Part shown: one piece after another, positions 7,139-12,192 of the stretch
Position numbering within the stretch: the stretch's first letter is position 1
Layout of the letters: every line of letters starts with the position of its first letter
NCBI GenBank assembly: GCA_964586355.1
Contig: CAZPGO010000024.1
Coordinates: 1-12,192, forward strand
From: an uncultured archaeon
GTDB lineage: Archaea > Iainarchaeota > Iainarchaeia > Iainarchaeales > CSSED10-239
Reading direction: 5' to 3'
Length of the DNA: 12,192 bases
Notes under the pieces: generated by a model
Databases searched by the model: none
What the model saw: only the letters and a program-made list of their open reading frames with translations
Told to the model about the DNA's origin: nothing
Program-made: the position numbers and the translations under genes

Positions 7139-7801
7139 TCAAACTTTCATTCTAGAAAAAAGCTTGGATCCTATTACTAACATAATAACAGTTATTACTA
7201 AAAGAACAAGCAAATTATTAAAGACAAAAGAAGTGGATCCTGATAATAGGTTCCTAATGCTACTTACTCCATAACTTAATGGATTGATCTTTGCAATTAA
7301 TTGTATTAATTTTGGAGCAGTGTCTATTGGAAATAAAGCACCTGATAAAAAAAAGATTGGCATAATTAAAAAATTCATAACTAATTGAAAACCCTGCATA
7401 TCATCTAAAAGAGAGGCTATAGCTGTACCAAGTGCTGCAAAAAATAAAGCAATTAAGATCATAAATAAAAAAACTAAGGGCAAATAAATAAGTGAAATTA
7501 TTCTAAATCCAAAAAATAAAGACAAACACAAAAAAATTAAACCTTGACAAAAAGCAACAGAGGCACCACCCAAAGTTCTTCCAATCATTATCTCTAATCT
7601 TGATACTGGAGCAACAAGTGTTTCTTTTAAAAAACCAAATTGTCTATCCCAGATTATCTCTATTCCAGACATAACTGATGTAAATAATATTGACATACAA
7701 ATAATTCCTGGAACTAAAAACTGAAAGTAGTCTCCTTGACCAGCCATACTATAAACAGAACCAAAACCAAATCCAAACGCTAATAGAAACAACAAAGGCA
7801 T
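7139..7801 (-). CDS. ABC-2 type transporter permease; the true N-terminus probably extends upstream to about 7882
   Basis: The protein is hydrophobic with multiple TM helices and follows the ABC ATPase gene. The frame stays open 35 codons upstream of ATG 7801 and encodes KIRRGWLNINTIGALWLRQIKRFYRSKSRLIGTLS. This looks like the conserved cytoplasmic N-terminus of ABC-2 permeases (R-x-x-x-x-F-x-R-x-x-x-x-l), but it contains no in-frame ATG, GTG or TTG. Confidence 0.8.
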   Translation of the reverse strand: MPLLFLLAFGFGFGSVYSMAGQGDYFQFLVPGIICMSILFTSVMSGIEIIWDRQFGFLKETLVAPVSRLEIMIGRTLGGASVAFCQGLIFLCLSLFFGFRIISLIYLPLVFLFMILIALFFAALGTAIASLLDDMQGFQLVMNFLIMPIFFLSGALFPIDTAPKLIQLIAKINPLSYGVSSIRNLLSGSTSFVFNNLLVLLVITVIMLVIGSKLFSRMKV

Positions 7802-7899
7802 GGAAAGGGTTCCAATTAATCTAGACTTAGACCTATAAAATCTTTTTATTTGTCTTAGCCATAAAGCTCCAATAGTATTTATGTTTAACCAACCTCTTC

Positions 7900-8706
7900 T
7901 TATCTTCTAAAATTTTTTTGTCTAAACCTTAGGTGGTCTAAAGCTCTTGTTTCTTCATCTCTTATATTATATCCTGTTATTTTTATAAAAGCATTTTCTA
8001 AATTTTTAGTTTTTGTTTTCTTAATTAGTTCTTTGCTAGTACCAACATCTACAATTTTTCCTTTATCTATTATAGCTATGTTAGTTGCATATTTTTGTGC
8101 TTCATCCATATAGTGTGTTGTAAAAAAGATTGTTGTGCCTTCTTTTTTATTTATTTTTTTAATATAATCCCAAATATGTGTTCTAGTTTGAGGATCTAGA
8201 CCAACGGTGGGCTCATCTAAAAATAATACTTTTGGATAGTGTAAAAGACCTCTTGCAATCTCTAATCTTCTTTTCATACCACCTGAAAAATTTTTTACTA
8301 TATCGTTTCTTCTATCCCAAAGTTCAACAACTTTCAAAATATTTTCAATTCTTTTCTTTCTTTCTTCTTTAGATATTTTATAAAAAACACAATGAAGATC
8401 TAAATTCTCGTAAGCAGTTAGTTCATCATCTAAGGAAGGATCTTGAAAAACAATTCCAAAACTATTTCTTACTTCTTTAGGTGATTTAATAGGATCAAAA
8501 CCATTTATTGATATTTTGCCAGAATCAGAATTTAAAACAGTTGTTAGTATTTTTATAGTGGTTGATTTTCCAGCACCATTAGGTCCTAAAAATGCAAAAA
8601 TCTCATTTTTTTTAACATTAAAGGTTACATTTTTTAAAACTTTTAATTTACTATAGGTTTTATTAAGATTTTTAACAGTTATAATATTTTCACTCATAAT
8701 TAACAT
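7900..8706 (-). CDS. ABC transporter ATP-binding protein, ABC-2/DrrA-like subfamily
   Basis: Motifs present: Walker A GPNGAGKST, Q-loop FQDPSLD, signature FSGGMKRRLEIA, Walker B VLFLDEPTVGLD, H-loop TTHYMDEA, and the C-terminal LENAFIKITG motif typical of DrrA-like ATPases. The track start is TTG 8709; the first ATG is at 8706. Confidence 0.9.
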   Translation of the reverse strand: MLIMSENIITVKNLNKTYSKLKVLKNVTFNVKKNEIFAFLGPNGAGKSTTIKILTTVLNSDSGKISINGFDPIKSPKEVRNSFGIVFQDPSLDDELTAYENLDLHCVFYKISKEERKKRIENILKVVELWDRRNDIVKNFSGGMKRRLEIARGLLHYPKVLFLDEPTVGLDPQTRTHIWDYIKKINKKEGTTIFFTTHYMDEAQKYATNIAIIDKGKIVDVGTSKELIKKTKTKNLENAFIKITGYNIRDEETRALDHLRFRQKNFRR

Positions 8707-8733
8707 CAAAATATAAAAATTAAAAAAAAAAAT

Positions 8734-9195
8734 TTATAATTCATCTTCAGCGTAAACAAAGTTTAGATCAACTTTTTCATATGCAAATAATTCTTTATCA
8801 TCAAAAAATCTTGCAATTTCTAGATCTGCAGCAACTAATGAATCTGAGGCATGTATTATATTACATTGTTGGCTTAGAGAATAATCACCTCTAATAGTTC
8901 CAATTTGTGCTTCATACCCTCTAGTTACTCCTGCTAAATGTCTTACAACAGAAACAACATTATTCCCTTCTAAAACACAAACTATTGAAGGTGCACTTTT
9001 CATAAACTTTTTTATTCTTGAAAAAAATGGTCTGTCTTTTAAATGCGAATAATGTTCATCTAATACTTGATCATCTAAAAAAATCATCTTCATACCAACA
9101 ATCTTAAAACCCTTTCTTTCAAACCTATGAAGTATTTCTCCAACAAGTCCTCTGTTTAATGAATCTGGTTTAAAAATAATTAATGTTCGCTCCAT
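8734..9195 (-). CDS. ndk: Nucleoside diphosphate kinase
   Basis: ERTLIIFKPDSLNRGLVGEILHRFERKGFKIVGMK, DRPFF, GTIRGDY and the active-site His context NIIHASDS all match the NDK family over the full 153-aa length. An AGGTGA RBS at 9202-9207 sits 6 nt upstream of the ATG and immediately after the upstream gene's stop. Confidence 0.95.
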   Translation of the reverse strand: MERTLIIFKPDSLNRGLVGEILHRFERKGFKIVGMKMIFLDDQVLDEHYSHLKDRPFFSRIKKFMKSAPSIVCVLEGNNVVSVVRHLAGVTRGYEAQIGTIRGDYSLSQQCNIIHASDSLVAADLEIARFFDDKELFAYEKVDLNFVYAEDEL

Positions 9196-9208
9196 AGTTT
9201 TTCACCTT

Positions 9209-10399
9209 TTATTTTTTTTCTAAAATATAAATATTTCTATTTATTCTTGACCCACTTGGTGTTGAATAAGGTATTGGGTTTATTAGATCTAGATCTTTAT
9301 TAAGTTTACTTACATCAAACAACCTAAACCCATTCTCTAAATAAACCTTTGACGAAATTTTTATCTTTTGATCATCAAAGGTTTTAAATTCTGGCAAAAC
9401 ACAAACAATTTTTGCTTTTTTATTAAGATTTTTATTAAGATTACAAAAAACCTCAAAATATAATTTATTAAGTTCTTTAACAATCTTTAAAGATCTTTCC
9501 TTACTAGGCAATTTCTTAAGAAAAGGTCCCATATATGGCTCAAATACTGAAAAGTCTGCTTTATAGTCTACTTTTGCTGAGTTTCCTTGTATAAGCTTAT
9601 AGCTATTTTTTATTTTAAATTGTTTAATAGCCCATTCAACATTTTTCTTTGAGCTATAGATCATATCTTTATCTTTGTCTATACCAATAACATCATATCC
9701 TTTTATTAACCCTTCAATTAAAAAAGTACCAGTTCCACAAAAAGGATCAACAATTTTTGCTTTTTTTGCTCCTAAAAGGTTTATCATAATTCCAGCTAAC
9801 CTAAAAGAGGTGTTATGTTTTTCTTTTATGCTTGGTCTTTTAGTATCCTTTAATTTATTTATTCTTGGATTAAAACAACTAACAGTAATTCCATAATAAT
9901 ATTTATTTTCATAAAAAACTGTAAAAAATTCAAAACCATTTTCATTAAGTTTCCAAGAATAATAATTATCTGGGTTTGTAACATAGTTTTTTTCTGATTT
10001 CTTTTTTGAGTGGCTTACTGGTTTTTTATAGATCGCTTTTACTTTTTCTTCTTTAAATTTTTGTTTAAACAAAAGTTCTAAATTAGATCTAACTTCATTC
10101 TCTACATCTATTGTTGAAATGGTGTAATTTAGTTTTTTATCATAATAAACATCAAAATCATTTATTATCTTAGAATCTAGATCTTCAGAAAAATGATATA
10201 TTTTTACTATTCTAGTAATTCCTGAAAGATCTGTTTGTATTTTTGCAAAATTAATTTTTTCAAAAGATTTAATCTCTAAAATAAGATATTTATCTGTGTT
10301 AATAAAAATAGAATAATCTATGTTATTTGTTGAAAAATAAGTTGCTAGCTCTAGTTTGGATAATCTAAAATCTCTTCCTAGTAAAAATAAATATAACAT
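9209..10399 (-). CDS. Putative tRNA (guanine-N2) methyltransferase, Trm11/Trm-G10-like (THUMP-like N-terminal region plus class I SAM methyltransferase)
   Basis: The N-terminus LFLLGRDFRLSKLELATYF resembles the Trm11-family start. SFRLAGIMINLLGAKKAKIVDPFCGTGTFLIEGLIKGYDVIGIDKD matches the substrate-loop and SAM motif I pattern of UPF0020/Trm11 enzymes. At the motif IV position the sequence is FEPYMG rather than the canonical [DN]-[PL]-P-Y-G. Confidence 0.65.
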   Translation of the reverse strand: MLYLFLLGRDFRLSKLELATYFSTNNIDYSIFINTDKYLILEIKSFEKINFAKIQTDLSGITRIVKIYHFSEDLDSKIINDFDVYYDKKLNYTISTIDVENEVRSNLELLFKQKFKEEKVKAIYKKPVSHSKKKSEKNYVTNPDNYYSWKLNENGFEFFTVFYENKYYYGITVSCFNPRINKLKDTKRPSIKEKHNTSFRLAGIMINLLGAKKAKIVDPFCGTGTFLIEGLIKGYDVIGIDKDKDMIYSSKKNVEWAIKQFKIKNSYKLIQGNSAKVDYKADFSVFEPYMGPFLKKLPSKERSLKIVKELNKLYFEVFCNLNKNLNKKAKIVCVLPEFKTFDDQKIKISSKVYLENGFRLFDVSKLNKDLDLINPIPYSTPSGSRINRNIYILEKK

Positions 10400-10431
10400 A
10401 GTTTATCAAAAATTTAAAAAAAAGAAAAAAA

Positions 10432-11172
10432 CTATTTTTTCTTTGCAGGGGCCTTAGCATCCTTAGCAGGAGCAGCACCTTTTGCAGGAGCCTTAGCATC
10501 CTTTGCAGGAGCAGCACCTTTTACTGCACCTTTTGCATCTTTTGCAGCTGTTTTTGCTGCTTCTGCTGCTTTTGCTTCTTCAGCTTCCTTCATCAGTAAT
10601 CTTCTTCTTTTCTTTACTGTTCCAACACTTTTTAGAGTGTCTTTATTTTCTTCAATAATAACCTTCATTTGACAAGGATACTTTGAATTATTTTTCTCTA
10701 AAAGTTCTTTTACAAAAGTAACATTTGGTTCATCAACTAAGATACTAAAAATCTTTTGTCCAGCTCTTACTCTTGAAGCTCTACCAACAACTTTTCCAAA
10801 AGGACATTGACTCATTCCTTGTTGAATACGGTCTGCATGTGCTCCTTGTGCTTGTTTGTTTTCTCTTAAGAAAAACTGAGGATAAACTCTTATTTTCATA
10901 TAAAAGTTCATATTTGTTAATTTTTTTGTTAATTGTCTTGTAATACTTTGTCTTGTTGCTTCTAAAGCATTATCTCTAATTTGTATTTTTTCTTTTGTAG
11001 CATAGTGTACAACATGTGTATATGGTCTATTTCCATTACCCATATGAAACTGTCTTATTTTTATTCCTGGCACACCACCAACAAAGTTCTTTCTATGAAC
11101 TCTTTTTGCTGGTCTTGCATATGCTCTTTTGTTTACATTCTTACAATAACAATGTCCTGGTCTTAATCCCAT
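10432..11172 (-). CDS. rpl10e: 50S ribosomal protein uL16 (L10e) with a ~60-aa Lys/Ala/Pro-rich C-terminal extension
   Basis: MGLRPGHCY..., FHMGN, REN-KQAQGAHADRIQQGM and FGKVVGRASRV are the L10e hallmarks. The track start, GTG 11184, lies inside AGGTGA (11181-11186); ATG 11172 sits 8 nt downstream and gives the canonical MGLRP N-terminus. The tail is AEEAKAAEAAKTAAKDAKGAVKGAAPAKDAKAPAKGAAPAKDAKAPAKKK. Confidence 0.93.
   Translation of the reverse strand: MGLRPGHCYCKNVNKRAYARPAKRVHRKNFVGGVPGIKIRQFHMGNGNRPYTHVVHYATKEKIQIRDNALEATRQSITRQLTKKLTNMNFYMKIRVYPQFFLRENKQAQGAHADRIQQGMSQCPFGKVVGRASRVRAGQKIFSILVDEPNVTFVKELLEKNNSKYPCQMKVIIEENKDTLKSVGTVKKRRRLLMKEAEEAKAAEAAKTAAKDAKGAVKGAAPAKDAKAPAKGAAPAKDAKAPAKKK
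10441..10518. repeat. Tandem 39-nt coding repeat (2 copies) in the uL16 tail
   Basis: Segments 10441-10479 and 10480-10518 are identical at 36 of 39 positions by my alignment. Each encodes GAAPAKDAKAPAK. The repeat is markedly GC-richer than the flanking sequence. Confidence 0.85.
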
Positions 11173-11735
11173 GTTAATTTTCACCTATATAATTGTTTTT
11201 ATATTACTTTTAAGATTATTAAAAGATCTAAGTTTTTTACTAAAAATAGTTTATTAGTAATATATATTTAATATATAGAAAGATATATAAATGAAATTAT
11301 AAACAAGCAGAAATAAAAAATAAGTAAAAAAAAAGAATCTTTTTGGGGAAAAGAAAATAAAAAATTGTTTTTGGTGGGATAAAGGAGGAAAAGAACAGGG
11401 ATCTGTCATAATTAAAATCATCAACAGTATATTCTTTTTTCTCCCTCTTTTTTGCCTTTTTTTACCTTTTTTGTGGAATCTAGGTAATAGATTACTGTTA
11501 TATTTATAGCCCTAAAAGCTTTATATATGATTACCCAGTAAAAAACCAAACCAAAATTAGGTTTTTGTTAATAAAACCAAATAAACATAATTTTTGAGGT
11601 TTTGTTAATGGGGTGTAAGAGTTGATTTGTAACATATTAACTAACAAAAATTAATTAATTAATCCATAAACCTAACAAAAAAACAAATATTTTAAAACTA
11701 AAAAATAAATCTTCAAAACAATTTATAAATTGATA

Positions 11736-12192
11736 TTAATTTGTTCTAGTTTCGTTATAGATTACCTTAATCTCTTTTTCAGTTAATTCTTTATTATAAA
11801 CTTTTAAATCACTTATCGGTCCTGAAAAAAATTGTTCATAAGCATTAAGATATCTAGCACCAATTAATCTTCGTTGTGATGCTCTATATGACCCAGTAAG
11901 ATCCACAGCTTGTTTAACACCATCTACATAAATATCTATCATATCATCTTTTCTAACAACAGTTACATTATGCCACAAATTATCATTATATGTGTTAGTT
12001 GTTCTCACTTTTAATGATTCACTGCCAGTACCTATAGAAAAAACAGAATTATAATAAGCAACTAAGTTAGTATGAGAACCACTACTTAAAAAACCAGCAG
12101 CAATAACTCTATCATTCCAATTATCTGGTTTTACCCAAACAGAGAGTGATCTTTGATCATACATAGAATTATTTATATAAATATAATCACTA
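11736..12192 (-). CDS. LamG / concanavalin-A-like lectin domain protein, 5'-partial; the gene continues beyond the right window edge
   Basis: LSVWVKP, LWHNVTVVRKDDMIDIYVDGV, LIGAR and FSGPISDLKVYNKELTEKEI follow the same Laminin_G_3 pattern as 5938-7035. The frame is open upstream of the track's ATG (12164) to the window end, reading SDYIYINNS. This corresponds to the conserved dyv-x-v segment that precedes the WVK strand, so ATG 12164 is internal. Confidence 0.8.
   Translation of the reverse strand, partial: SDYIYINNSMYDQRSLSVWVKPDNWNDRVIAAGFLSSGSHTNLVAYYNSVFSIGTGSESLKVRTTNTYNDNLWHNVTVVRKDDMIDIYVDGVKQAVDLTGSYRASQRRLIGARYLNAYEQFFSGPISDLKVYNKELTEKEIKVIYNETRTN

Noticed and set aside
7912-7918. 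In-phase A_AAA_AAT slippery heptamer at the end of the ABC ATPase gene, considered as a -1 frameshift site fusing ATPase and permease
   Set aside because: The -1 frame is the permease frame, but it reaches the TAG at 7907-7909 two codons after the heptamer. A -1 shift here would terminate rather than fuse the two proteins.
9675-9896. 73-aa plus-strand ORF
   Set aside because: It is antisense to the SAM-binding core of the Trm11-like methyltransferase, so it is a shadow ORF.
10981-11166. 61-aa plus-strand ORF
   Set aside because: It is antisense to the conserved N-terminal half of uL16, so it is a shadow ORF.
11382-11388. Strong Shine-Dalgarno-like AAGGAGG on the plus strand
   Set aside because: No ATG, GTG or TTG lies within a usable distance downstream, and no plus-strand ORF follows. 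I treat it as part of a purine-rich block rather than an RBS.
11254-11421. ~55-aa minus-strand ORF in the long spacer (MILIMTDPCSFPPLSHQKQFFIFF…)
   Set aside because: The Phe/Tyr/Ile-rich translation simply reflects A-rich plus-strand sequence. There is no RBS at a sensible distance and no motif, so I do not count it as a gene, although the spacer itself is flagged.

Overview
This is a very AT-rich, densely coded window (by eye about three quarters A+T) that looks archaeal, most plausibly from a small-genome DPANN-type lineage; that placement is inference only. The evidence is an archaeal/eukaryotic-type ribosomal protein uL16 (L10e), a Trm11/Trm-G10-like tRNA methyltransferase, an archaeal class III (type IV pilin) signal peptide, GGTGA/GGAGG ribosome-binding sites, and TATA-like boxes about 25 nt upstream of apparently leaderless genes.

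Gene order, left to right:
- lysine-rich H1-like protein (+)
- 795-aa exported, C-terminally anchored repeat protein (-)
- Nudix hydrolase (+)
- 316-aa membrane-anchored protein (-)
- 264-aa orphan with a basic tail (-)
- two small genes missing from the ORF track: a zinc-ribbon protein and an 18-aa Lys/Ala peptide (-)
- pilin-signal + LamG-domain protein (-)
- a co-directional minus-strand run of uL16, Trm11-like methyltransferase, ndk, ABC-2 ATPase and ABC-2 permease
- a second LamG-domain gene running off the right edge (-)

I see no rRNA, tRNA, CRISPR array, transposase or recognisable defence or toxin-antitoxin hallmark, and I cannot show a defined novel multi-gene system. The best candidate for something new is the cell-surface set: pilin-anchored LamG lectin-fold proteins, large orphan exported proteins and an adjacent ABC-2 exporter. 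Next comes a recurring theme of polycationic Lys/Ala-rich low-complexity coding: the H1-like protein, the uL16 tail and the 18-aa micro-ORF with its own promoter and operator-like palindromes.

Several ORF-track starts appear to be artefacts, either a GTG lying inside a Shine-Dalgarno motif or an ATG overlapping it. The ABC-2 permease has a conserved-looking N-terminal extension with no canonical start codon.
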